From Octopus bimaculoides (lineage: Eukaryota): DNA of 48,935 bases. The notes beneath the pieces are model-generated. The model saw only the letters and a program-made list of their open reading frames with translations, was not told the DNA's origin and did no database searches. Below are positions 25,320 to 37,138 of the stretch, in pieces. The position numbers and the translations under genes are program-made. Location: contig NC_068989.1 in the NCBI RefSeq assembly GCF_001194135.2, positions 36,407,834-36,456,768 on the forward strand. Direction: 5' to 3'. Each line of letters begins with the position of its first letter. Position 1 is the stretch's first letter.

Positions 25320-26030
25320 GCTTGGTAACAAGTCTTCTCACATCTCAAGAATCTTTCTTAGGATTGTACTTTCCTGCAAGTCGACAATAAGAATTTCAAT
25401 GCCAGTAATCTTCAGGTTCTTAGCAGTTTAGGTGCTCTCCCATGTGCACCTATTACCACAAGAACTATTGTTACAATTGTCTTACACAACCTTCTTAGCT
25501 CTCTGACTAGACCCTGATATTTCCAGATTTTCTCAGTTTCTTTAGTATCCACTCTATTATCATATAGTATTGCAAAGTTTATAACATTACACTGTCTCTT
25601 TTCTTCCCATAATCATATCTGTTCTTCCTGCTTCAATACTATAATCAGTCTTTATGGGGAATTCCCATAAAATCACTCTCTATCACAGCCTCTCGCTCAT
25701 GTTCATACAACTTTCCTGCTACTTTGAATCCACGCACTCGGCTAATATCCCAATGCACTCTTTTACTTATACAGTCATGCCTATACTTATACTCTTTTTG
25801 CGCTAGCGAACTGCATTCGCTCGAGAGAGGGTTAATACTTTCGTCCCTTTTCTGCATAGATTCAACTTTTGTTCTCTGACTGGGTTTTATGAATCATTGC
25901 CTGTATTAAATTGGTCTTAACAACTTGCTCTTAAGAGGCTATAATAAATGATTCCGTTTCTCCTTTCTCGGGTTTGTTTCTGAGCTACTATAATTTGTTC
26001 CTGAGAGACCTTAATTTCGTTATTATTCTT
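25320..26030 (-). mobile_element. RLE-type LINE (R4/Dong group) C-terminal fragment
   Basis: ECSSLAQKEYKYRHDCISKRVHWDISRVRGFKVAGKLYEHEREAVIES (post-CCHC RHD motif). Confidence 0.75.
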
Positions 26031-26112
26031 TAATCACTCAATTCCAAATCCCCACATTTTCTGTCTGCCTTTGTATCGTACCTCTTACCTGTCACCCTGG
26101 TAGCAAATAAAG

Positions 26113-26177
<65 letters not shown>

Positions 26178-27621
26178 GTCATCATCATCAGCATCATTTT
26201 TTTCTTCTTTCAGTTTTGCTTCCATTTCTTGCCAAGCCTCATGTTAGTCCCAACTGAGCAGATCTATGACCTAAGGTTTCCCAGTCATACGCATCTCGTC
26301 TGTATTCCATGTACAAAGTATTTCTAGGACTACATTATCATAGAAACACATTTCTTCTTTTTAAGAAAGTAGGATATGACTTGAAGACGATTTGCAGTTA
26401 CATCGACCAGATAGATGCTTGCCCATCGGCACGGCATTTATTCTGTTAGCAGACAGTCAGGTCGTTTAAGACATCTGTACCTAATGTGAAGTTGTTAGTC
26501 AATCCTAGTTTCATGCCAAATGGCCGACCCTATTGAGAGACAGAACATTCAGAAAAGAAAAAAAATAACAAAGCAAAAAATAATGCAAATAAAATAACAA
26601 AACAAACGTGAGAAAAAGTCTTTCTCACATTGAGTGGCTGTGTAGTAAGTAGCTTGTTTACCAACTACATGGTCTTTGGTTCAGCCCAATTGCGTGGCAC
26701 CTTGGGCAAGTGTCTTCTACTATAACCTCGGGCCGACCAAAGCGTTGTAAGTGGATTAAGTAGACGGAAACTGAAGGAAGCATGTCGTATATATATATAT
26801 ATATATATATATATNNNNNNNNNNNNNNNNNNNNNNNNNNNNNNNNNNNNNNNNNNNNNNNNNNNNNNNNNNNNNNNNNNNNNNNNNNNNNNNNNNNNNN
26901 NNNNNNNNNNNNNNNNNNNNNNNNNNNNNNNNNNNNNNNNNNNNNNNNNNNNNNNNNNNNNNNNNNNNNNNNNNNNNNNNNNNNNNNNNNNNNNNNNNNN
27001 NNNNNNNNNNNNNNNNNNNNNNNNNNNNNNNNNNNNNNNNNNNNNNNNNNNNNNNNNNNNNNNNNNNNNNNNNNNNNNNNNNNNNNNNNNNNNNNNNNNN
27101 NNNNNNNNNNNNNNNNNNNNNNNNNNNNNNNNNNNNNNNNNNNNNNNNNNNNNNNNNNNNNNNNNNNNNNNNNNNNNNNNNNNNNNNNNNNNNNNNNNNN
27201 NNNNNNNNNNNNNNNNNNNNNNNNNNNNNNNNNNNNNNNNNNNNNNNNNNNNNNNNNNNNNNNNNNNNNNNNNNNNNNNNNNNNNNNNNNNNNNNNNNNN
27301 NNNNNNNNNNNNNNNNNNNNNNNNNNNNNNNNNNNNNNNNNNNNNNNNNNNNNNNNNNNNNNNNNNNNNNNNNNNNNNNNNNNNNNNNNNNTGTTAGGTT
27401 TATATTTGTTGGGCGGCGTAGTTTCAAAAGTAGAAATCGGTTTGTCTCTGTATGCGTTTGTTTTACTTCTTTTAGTCACCAGACTGCGGCTATGCTGGAG
27501 CACCGCGTTGAAAAATTTTAATCGAATGAATCGACTCCAGTATTCAATTTTTAAAGTACTTCTACTTACTCTATGGGGCTCTGGTTGTCAAGCGGTAGGT
27601 GGGGAGGGGAACAAGCACAAA

Positions 27622-27661
<40 letters not shown>

Positions 27662-27835
27662 TGTGTATGTGTGTGTATACAACGAGCTTCTTTCAGTTTC
27701 CATCTTCCAAATCCACTCACAAGGCTTTGGTCAGTCCGAGGCTATAGTAGAGAACACTTATACAAGGTGCCAAGCAGTGGAACTGAACCCGGAACCATGT
27801 GGTTGGGAAGCAAACTTCTTACCACACAGCCACAC

Positions 27836-28628
27836 CGGATCTTTTTTAAAACGGGGGTCACATTTTTCATTAACGAAACACTTTGAAACTTGGAACACTG
27901 GTAGAATGTGTCATATAAAACATCTTTTTCTCTTAGTCTTCTTAAAAAAAAAGAAATCCATAAGTTATTCCATGTGAAAGTTGTCGTATTTCTGTAATTT
28001 CAACCAATCACTGACGTCCATTCAGCCGATATACATTAAGTGCCGACTACATAAACAAACGATTCTGAAACAATTAACCCTAACCCTAACCCTAACCCTA
28101 ACCCTNNNNNNNNNNNNNNNNNNNNNNNNNNNNNNNNNNNNNNNNNNNNNNNNNNNNNNNNNNNNNNNNNNNNNNNNNNNNNNNNNNNNNNNNNNNNNNN
28201 NNNNNNNNNNNNNNNNNNNNNNNNNNNNNNNNNNNNNNNNNNNNNNNNNNNNNNNNNNNNNNNNNNNNNNNNNNNNNNNNTAGGGTTAGGGTTAGGGTTA
28301 AGGTTAGGGTTAGGGTTAGGGTTAGGGTTAGGGTTAAAGCAAATTTAAAATGAAAAAAGCAAATAAAACGAAGGTATGGAGATTAAATACGCTTTACATC
28401 GCTTAATCAGCCAAAGGAGTAAATATAAACAACTGAATACTTGTCAGTGATTGGTTGAAATTATCGAAATAAGACAATTTTTTACATGAAATAAATTCGA
28501 ATACAAAAATATTTTTCTGTTCTATAACACAAAATAGATAAGTATACGAAGTTTGAAAGTCTTTCCATACCAAAAACACTACGTAAAACATTAATGAAAA
28601 ATGTGGCCCCCGTTTTAAAATAGATCCG
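27836..28628. mobile_element. Foldback MITE with internal telomeric arrays, inserted in a SINE B head
   Basis: 38-bp TIR (36/38); 6-bp TSD CCACAC; perfect 20-bp inner IR 27996-28015 / 28443-28462; (TAACCC)n 28075-28105 and (TTAGGG)n 28281-28336. Confidence 0.85.
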
Positions 28629-28879
28629 CCACACCTACGCCTATAACCACGATGTCTTTGTCTTTCTGTTTTTACTTTACCTTCTACCGCGTCACCAGCC
28701 TTCTATACCAGTCAGAATGAATATACCATGATATCCTTTCATTACGTCTATACTATATACAATGGAAAATAGAGGATGTCCTCGCCCCACAAAAATTGAC
28801 ATCATTTCAGAGTCTAATAACAACCAAATCCCGCTCAAATGATCTCAGGTTTTAACAAAATGTGTAAAAACTAAGTTTC

Positions 28880-29317
28880 GATCGGGCATGCCAGTGATAA
28901 TGACAATGGGCTGTTGAAATGACCACCATCTACACCTGACTTGACAACTTTTTTTTATGGGGCTATGTGAACGGATTTGGTCTATATTCACACACACCCT
29001 TTTACTACAAGCCTAGGAGAACTCTAGCAGAAAATCATTGAGCTCCTGGAGATTGCTACAGAAGACATACTACAGTGTGTTTGGCAGGAGCTGGGCTACC
29101 AACTTGATGTGTGCCGTATCAGAAGCAGTGTACATATTGAACATTGGTGAAGCTTTGTAAAATCGGTTATAAAACCTACATCCCTCCGAATCTCTCATTC
29201 GAATTTTGATCAATCTTTTATCGTTCAACATGAAACCTATTTAATTTCGTTTGCCTCAGACATGTAGTTACTTAGATGTTCACATTTCAAATTAAGTCAA
29301 TTTTGGGAGACACCCTG
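28880..29317 (+). mobile_element. Tc1/mariner (maT/rosa-like) 3' relic with TIR
   Basis: Decayed PPSTPDLT.FFLWGYV...ILQCVWQELGYQLDVCR...HIEH; ends gggagacaccctg|TA. Confidence 0.75.
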
Positions 29318-29325
29318 TACGTATA

Positions 29326-29613
29326 TTATCAGGTCATCCCATAAGTTCTGTCCGAATTTTGAATAAAGAAAACAAGTGATCAAACGCTCTAATTGTTGAC
29401 AGTAGACTTGAGCATTGATTGTTGCATTAGGTGGTAACAATTCAAAGCGAATTACTCCTTTGCAATCCCACCAGATAGAGAGAAGAACCTTTTTTCCATG
29501 AAGTTCCCTTCACGGTTGTGGTTGAGCTTTTTTCTTTTTACCAAGCCACTGTTTACGACGTTTAACATTTCGATAGAAGATCCATTTTTCGTCACCATTT
29601 ACAAATCTATCCA
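29326..29613 (-). mobile_element. Mariner (DD34D) relic with TIR
   Basis: Minus-strand LDRFVNGDEKWIFYRNVKRRKQWL; TIR-like ttatcaggtcatcccataagttctgtccg after TA. Confidence 0.75.
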
Positions 29614-29617
29614 AGTG

Positions 29618-29652
<35 letters not shown>

Positions 29653-29666
29653 NNNNNNNNNNCAGC

Positions 29667-29702
<36 letters not shown>

Positions 29703-30019
29703 CAAAGGAAGAGGATAAAGAAGAAGAAGAAGAAGAAGAAGAAGAAGAAGAAGAAGAAGAAGAAGAAGAAGAAGAACATTCGATGCAGGGAGGAAAATGA
29801 AGAACAGAGAACGAGAGAGAGGGAGAGAGAGACAGACAGACAGGCGGACGGACGGGTAAGCAGGCAGGCAGGCAGGCAGACAAATAGAGAAAGAGAAACA
29901 GTGAGAGAGAAAGCTATTAGAGTGAGAGAAAACAGGTAGAGAAGAGTTGGGGCAGCGAATTCTGACATTTTGCTGAATTTGGAATGATGAGTTGTTCAGT
30001 GCCAAAACTGTGAAATTAC

Positions 30020-30064
30020 CGTTCTTCCTGGCTTCGCTATTACCGTCTTCCTCCAATATGACAT
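30020..30064 (-). CDS. Possible 45-nt phase-1/phase-1 exon of an unknown gene, (D)VILEEDGNSEARKN(G)
   Basis: Acceptor tttctttcttgcag|AT and donor ACG|gtaatt in unique sequence; no homology recognised. Confidence 0.25.
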
Positions 30065-32059
30065 CTGCAAGAAAGAAACTCGACTTGGTTTTTCTGATCT
30101 ATTTTGCAACTAAAATAACAAGAGTTCTACAGTGGCACCACTGACGGCAAAAGGTAAAAAAGATGAATGGAAACCTCTGACACACTTTCTTTACACCTTT
30201 GACATACTTTCTTTACAACCCACATACACACAACGTAGAACCACAAGCGCCCACACATACAAACTCATACATATTCATACATACAAACTCATACATATTC
30301 ATAACATACAAACAGACACGCCCACTCTTAGTTGAGGATGCTCATACACAGTCATTCACAAACATACACACATATGCTCACACGCTGTCGTACACACATT
30401 CATACAGTCTCATGTTCACACACACTCGCTAACGCACACACACAGTTTCACATACCCCCACGCACACTTTCACACACACACATTCACAAAACCACACCCA
30501 CACACACTCTCTCTCTCACACACATACACACTCACTCACACATACNNNNNNNNNNNNNNNNNNNNNNNNNNNNNNNNNNNNNNNNNNNNNNNNNNNNNNN
30601 NNNNNNNNNNNNNNNNNNNNNNNNNNNNNNNNNNNNNNNNNNNNNNNNNNNNNNNNNNNNNNNNNNNNNNNNNNNNNNNNNNNNNNNNNNNNNNNNNNNN
30701 NNNNNNNNNNNNNNNNNNNNNNNNNNNNNNNNNNNNNNNNNNNNNNNNNNNNNNNNNNNNNNNNNNNNNNNNNNNNNNNNNNNNNNNNNNNNNNNNNNNN
30801 NNNNNNNNNNNNNNNNNNNNNNNNNNNNNNNNNNNNNNNNNNNNNNNNNNNNNNNNNNNNNNNNNNNNNNNNNNNNNNNNNNNNNNNNNNNNNNNNNNNN
30901 NNNNNNNNNNNNNNNNNNNNNNNNNNNNNNNNNNNNNNNNNNNNNNNNNNNNNNNNNNNNNNNNNNNNNNNNNNNNNNNNNNNNNNNNNNNNNNNNNNNN
31001 NNNNNNNNNNNNNNNNNNNNNNNNNNNNNNNNNNNNNNNNNNNNNNNNNNNNNNNNNNNNNNNNNNNNNNNNNNNNNNNNNNNNNNNNNNNNNNNNNNNN
31101 NNNNNNNNNNNNNNNNNNNNNNNNNNNNNNNNNACCAACCTCATCACCACTCACCACCACCACCACCACCACCACCACTACGAACCTCATCACCACCCAC
31201 CACCGAAACCACCACCGCCACCGCCGCATCACCACTAATACTGCTATCATCACCACCAACAACAATAATATCCCCCAACTCCACCACCACCACCACCACC
31301 ATCAACACTAACTAGAGAACCAGATATCTCCGATTTATGACATTTGACATGGTTAATTAGAGATTTTTATCACCGCTATAGCAATAAATTGAACTGCTTC
31401 CAAGCCTCGCCATAACGATCAGAGTTGATGTTGCTGCTTTTGTTGTTGTTGTTGTTGTTGTTGTAGTTGTAATTATTTTTGCTGTTGTTGTTGTTGTTGT
31501 TGTTGTTTTCTCATGCTGTCTACTTTAGAAACATAATTCCATTATTTACTCAAAGATATCCAACTGGTAGATTCATCACTCAAAAAAAAAAAGTAGATAG
31601 AAGAAAAAGAGAGGAGGGAGAGAAGAGAGAAAAGAAAAAGAACGCGAGGATTAGAGAGCGAGAGATAGAAAGTAAGAGGGAGTATGGGAGAGAGAGAGAG
31701 AGGGGTGAAAGTGAATGAGAGAAAAATGAGAGAAAGGGTGAGAGTGACAGTGTGATGGAGTAAGAGAGAGAAAGAGAGAGGATTGTGAGAAATGACAGAG
31801 AGAAAGTGAAGGTGAGAGAGTGAGAGAGAGAGCGAGCGGAAGAGAGAGCGAGCGGAAGAGAGAGAGAGTTCCTGTAACCATATTGTTATTGATATTTTAT
31901 TTCCTCACTACGGANNNNNNNNNNCCTGTAACCATATTGTTATTGATATTTTATTTCCTCACTACGGAAGAACCTTTTTTTTTTTAGATGTTAGAGGCAA
32001 ATATAAAAAGGCAAAGATATTATCTGCCGATTTATTAAACAATCAATAATAATTATAAT

Positions 32060-32388
32060 TATGGAGATGTACTTGCATAGCAAGTGACCTGTTCTGAGAT
32101 CGTGTGCTGGAACGAAAACAATTGCAGCGTGGAAGGTGTTTCTAAGCCATTTAAAATAACACACAAAATCCGTTAGATTCATTCACTTCAACATTTAAAT
32201 TTAATTTGTCAAAATATTTTCGTCGCTTTGAGACCGCGACCTGTTCACTGAGCACAGAATTTTGTCAGTGAACAGGTCGCGGTCTCAAAGCGACGAAAAT
32301 ATTTTGACAAATTAAATTTAAATGTTGAAGTGAATCTAACGGTTTTTGTGTGTTATTTTAAATGGCTTATAAACACCTTCCACGCTGC
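32060..32388. mobile_element. Foldback retroelement-like insertion with ~130-bp near-perfect inverted arms and a putative 12-bp TSD
   Basis: Arms 32121-32251 / 32265-32391; AATAATTATAAT at 32048-32059 and 32389-32400; family fragment at 43811-43832. Confidence 0.8.
32261..32311 (+). ncRNA. Variant hammerhead: G3-C8 core, extra nucleotide after A9, UUU site; mirror copy on the minus strand 32205-32251
   Basis: 7-bp stem I UUUGUCA/UGACAAA; GUGAACA; G; GUCGC/GCGAC; GAA; palindrome AAUAUU; U. Confidence 0.6.
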
Positions 32389-32659
32389 AATAATTATAAT
32401 CCTTTCTACAAAAGGAACAAAGCCTGAAATTTAGTGGGAGGGGACTAGTCGATTACATCGACCCCAGTGTTTCACTGGTATTTAATTTACCGACCCCGAA
32501 AGAATGAAAAGCAAAGTCGACTTCGCTGAAATTTGAACTCAGAACTACCGACGTGCGAAATACGTACTAATGATTTTGCCAGCTCGCCACCTTAATGATG
32601 ATGATGATGAGGAGGAGGACGACGACGACAACAACGACGACGACAACGACGACGACAAC

Positions 32660-33230
32660 GAGGCCCGGATGCAGTACCAGGCAGTGACCTTCATGGCGGC
32701 TGATCTTAACTGATTGGAAGTGTTATCATGTACATTGTTTGGTCTTGGTATAAAAGATGGGCTACTGCAAATATTCTGCTCAATACCACAGATTTGCTTG
32801 TCAGTTGCTTGACCTTAACCAATTGAGCATGTCCCTTAGTGGTCGATGATATGTACATCTCTGATCACGAGCAGACGTAGTGGGGGAGCATCATAGCTAT
32901 GTGTTGAGAGGAATTCTTTGGGGTTTGGATAATTCACCTTTGGAAACATGGATGTTTTGTTCAACATCCTTAAATAACCCTTATTCAGGGACCTTTTGAG
33001 CGGGATGAGCGACTCGACCTGATGACAATTCTAACTGGGCCCCACCTGCAAGGTCATGCGCTGTTAATCTTGATATGAGATCACCATGTTGCGCACATAT
33101 GGTTGTGATGCATGTGCCTGGTGTACCGTTATCAGACGGGTAGTCATGATGGGTATAATGGGCTTCGTACATTTTACCTCAGTGTCACTTTGATGGCATG
33201 CACTGCTCTCTCAATCAATAATAATAATAA
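32660..33230. mobile_element. Unclassified ~570-bp interspersed repeat ending in (AAT)n
   Basis: Matches a recalled high-copy octopus repeat; simple-repeat tail suggests retroposition; no ORF. Confidence 0.55.
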
Positions 33231-34245
33231 TAATAATAATATGAACTTCTAACCTGCTGTCTCTTGAAGTCTCTGGGTGAGACTTGGATCCAACTTGTAC
33301 AAATGCAAAGCAAAAATCAAACATAAAATAATAATAATAATCCTTTCTACTATAAGGACATGACCTGAAATTTGTGGGGAGGTGACTAGCCGATTACATC
33401 AACCCCAGTATTTCACTGGTACTTGATTTATCGACCCCGAAAGGATGGAAGGTAAAGTCATCTCCGGCGGAATTTGAATTCAGAACGTAGTAGCGACGGG
33501 CGAAATACCGCTAAGCATTTCGTCCAGCGTGCTAACGATTCTGCCAGCTCGCCGGCTTGATGATGATGATGATGTGTGTGTGTGTGTAAGTGTGTGTAAG
33601 TGTTTATATATATATGTATATATATATANNNNNNNNNNNNNNNNNNNNNNNNNNNNNNNNNNNNNNNNNNNNNNNNNNNNNNNNNTACCAGCAATTACAA
33701 ATTGCTGCTTTTGAAGGCAGCGCTCTCAGTAGCCACTGGTAGTAGTAAACACATTTGACCTCTGCTGACCCAAAGGATGCGAAGATTCTTTTGTCTCTAT
33801 GGCTGACCTCCCCACCATCTGCCGAATCTATTTATAGACCTGTAGATTATGATCTATTCACCAAACTGCTACCCAACTATTTCCTTCAACAAGGATTATC
33901 TCAAGTACAAGACAAAAGTTGAAAATAAAAAGCATTTAGTAAAATCTTTTAATAATAAATGGAAATAGTAATAATGATAATAACAATGGTAGTGGTGGTG
34001 ATGGTGATAATGATAAAAATAAAAATAATAATATGCTACAGCTGCTAATACTAAATACTACTAATACTACAATAATACTACAATAATACTACAACTACTA
34101 CTATTATGATAGCACAGGAATCTCAGGCCTAACTACCACCCTTACCACTACCCCCACCCCTGCCACTGTTGCTGTTGCTGCAACCACTGCTGCTACTACA
34201 CATAAAAACAATAATATCAGTGATAATAATAACAATAATAATAAC

Positions 34246-34288
<43 letters not shown>

Positions 34289-34609
34289 GTAATGAAAGGA
34301 AACGGGTGGAGCCTCCACATGGACTGATTAATGATACATCTAGTGACGGTGTCACAATAAAAACACTGGTAATTGCGCAACCTGATAATCGCTACCTCAT
34401 ATGAGTGACAATGAAAAAAAAACAAAATATTGTAAATAACTGTGGTAATGAAACTGAAGCCAATGATGGTGACAGTGTTACACCCGGTAGGCTCAGAGAT
34501 TCTGGTCCAGACCTATAATGATACAAACGAATAGAAATATTTAACTGAATGTGTTCTTGTCTACGTTTGTTTGCAATGTCCTGTACCCAGATATGCACCN
34601 NNNNNNNNN

Positions 34610-34640
<31 letters not shown>

Positions 34641-36903
34641 GAGAGGTTTCTTTCAGTTTCTGTATACAAAATCCACTCACAAGGCTTTGGTCGACCTGAA
34701 GCTATAGTAAAAGACACTTACTCAAGGTGCCACACACTGGGGCTGAACCAGGAACCATGTGGTTGGGAAGCAAGCTTCTTACCACATGCATATATTTAAT
34801 ATTACAATGAAATGAGACGTCCGTCTTTACGTTCTGAGTTCAAATTCCACCGAGGTCGACTTTGTTTTTCATCCTTTCGTGGTCGATAAAATAAGTACCA
34901 GTTAATTACTAGGGTCGATGTAATCCACTAAGCCCTTCCTCGAAATTGCAAGCTTTGTGCCAAAAATTGAAATCAATATTATGAAACGAGAGAAAATAAA
35001 GCTGTTGTTTGTGGTTCAACGAGTTTGGACAGCGAAGGGAAACTTTGGACCAGAGTAACTGGAGGTTTTTGCTGCTGGTTAGGGAGACGAGTGGTGTGGA
35101 GGATATATTCCACATATGTATTGCCGTCTACCTTCAAGGAGAAAAAAATTGAAATATGGAGTGCAGGCTGGACTACTGTGATGGATTATAGATAAGAGAT
35201 GAGGTGTTTGTATCGCGTATAGGCACAGAATGTGTGGCTAGCGTGTAAGAGATGATGTATAACAGCCAACAGCGTGTAAGAGAGGATGTATAACAGCCAA
35301 CTTGGGGTCATAGTCTACGAATATTCGAAAAGCGAGGGTTGTCTTGTGTGCTTAATGTGATTCTTCTTGGTTTGCATCTTTACTTTAGATTATTGTGTGA
35401 GATGATGACCTGTATTGGTAGAAAAAAATGAAAGAAAAAAATGAAACAACCACTAAATTTATATCATATTTAACAAAAACAAATGAAATTATTTCAATAC
35501 GTGTAAGTCTGTGGCATCGAACTTTGAAAATCACAATGTGACACGTGATCCTAAACATAATGATACTGATTTTGTGCTAAATATTCAATTAAGAATATCA
35601 GAAGTATCATATCTAATGGGGTAATGTTTATTCTTCCTAATAACTGAATCATTTTCTTTTTCATTTCCAAAGCAAAGCTTATAAAAGTTATCTTCTCTAA
35701 AGTTTTTTCATAAAATTAAAAACAAAATATTCATCAAGACTTTTTTATCAATTCTAATTTAGATGCGATCTTTAGTGTCTCGCGGAAAAATGAAAAATAT
35801 TTATTGGCTCTATTATCAATTCTCATTTAAATGTGCTCTTTAATGTCTCATAGATGTCGTTATCGATTTTCTTTTTAAAAATTAACAATATTTTATAAAA
35901 AAAGAAATGAGGAGTTAGACCTAATTGTTAGAAACAGCTGAAGCTATTTAAGATACAGAGACTCCAGAAACGCGTAAGAAATAAATATATTGTCTGTAAA
36001 ACAACACATTTCGTTATCAAAACTTTTAATGCTGCATTTATATCAGTTCTCTACTAACGAACTCACTGACTTAACTGATAAAAGAACTTTGGAAAACTTC
36101 ACATAGATCTGATTTGTTCTGCAAGTTTACAATACAGTATATCTATAAAAAAAAATGCTATTAAATATGGGTGACAGATTTATTTCATGTCATTCAATCA
36201 GCACCGAGAAAGGGCATGCAGTAATTTGAAATTACGATGAGGCATTATAATTCTAACCCATCTCCCAGTTTAATACCATCAAGTATTTTGTTATTTTATT
36301 TGTTAATTTCCCTGTTTCAAGGAATCAGACTAGTTCTCTCCTCGTTCATGTTGTTCATGCAACAGTCGACCTTCAGATGTTCAAGAGGGACATCATCCGC
36401 ATTAATTTTAACAGAGTGGGAGAATCTTATTTGGATATTATGCTTTAGTAATGTTGACTTTATTTGCATATTTATTCTCTTAATAGCAGCGACCCCATTT
36501 GCGTAATTACTTCCTTACTAGCAGAGAATCAGTTTACACGATTATCTTCTAATTAGCTTGTATCCATCTATCCATCCATCTTCTCTGCTGACAATTCCTC
36601 AGAGATCCTATCAGAAGTAACCATCATAATACTTTCCTGCTGGATTCCCAAATGCAACTAATAGAGACTATGGATGTTATCCAACTATCACGTTTTTGGT
36701 TTACTTCTAGGTCTTCTGCCAGTTGGCTTGGCTTAAAGAATCCGTCTTGCAAGGCAGGGATGAGAATTAGTGTTGCGAATCGAGTCCTCATACTAGTAGA
36801 AACCTAATTTCGACCTTTACCCTCTTAGTATCATAGAACTACTTTGAATACTTTACACTGTTTGTAGAGGGGGAACCCATTTCCAGACTTCCCTTCATTT
36901 TAA

Positions 36904-37138
36904 CCCATTACCTATTTTTCTATTTTCGATCGCATTGTTTACATAGACGTGTTTGTATACGAAACGTCGCAATTTTCAGTGCTGGCTCCTAATTAATGTA
37001 TGTTGTTTTCATCTTTTTAAAGTTTATCTCTGCAGATTATATATAGAACTTGAGCCAGTACTGAAAGTTATGTCGTTTCGTATATAAGAATACGTCTATG
37101 TAAACAATAGGATCGAAGATAGAAAAATTGGTAATGAG
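36904..37138. mobile_element. piggyBac-like foldback MITE; arm fragment again at ~37495-37552
   Basis: TTAA|CCCATTACC start; ~85-bp IR tgtttacatagacgt...cagtgctggctc / gagccagtactg...acgtctatgtaaaca. Confidence 0.7.

Noticed and set aside
25382-25419. Minus-strand CTGAAGA...GAAA...GTC
   Set aside because: Lies in LINE coding sequence and lacks stems I and II.
28075-28336. Telomere-fusion scar or chromosome end
   Set aside because: Orientation is (CCCTAA)n then (TTAGGG)n, and the arrays sit inside a TIR/TSD-bounded element.
31871-31968. 44-bp exact direct repeat
   Set aside because: The copies flank a 10-N gap; typical contig-overlap artefact.
35930-35985. GAAACGCGTA (palindromic stem III-like) downstream of CTGAAGC
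   Set aside because: Core and stems I and II are not recoverable; at most a heavily decayed relic.
36300-36520. Minus-strand open frame GSNYANGVAAIKRINMQIK...
   Set aside because: Weak splice signals and no recognisable domain.
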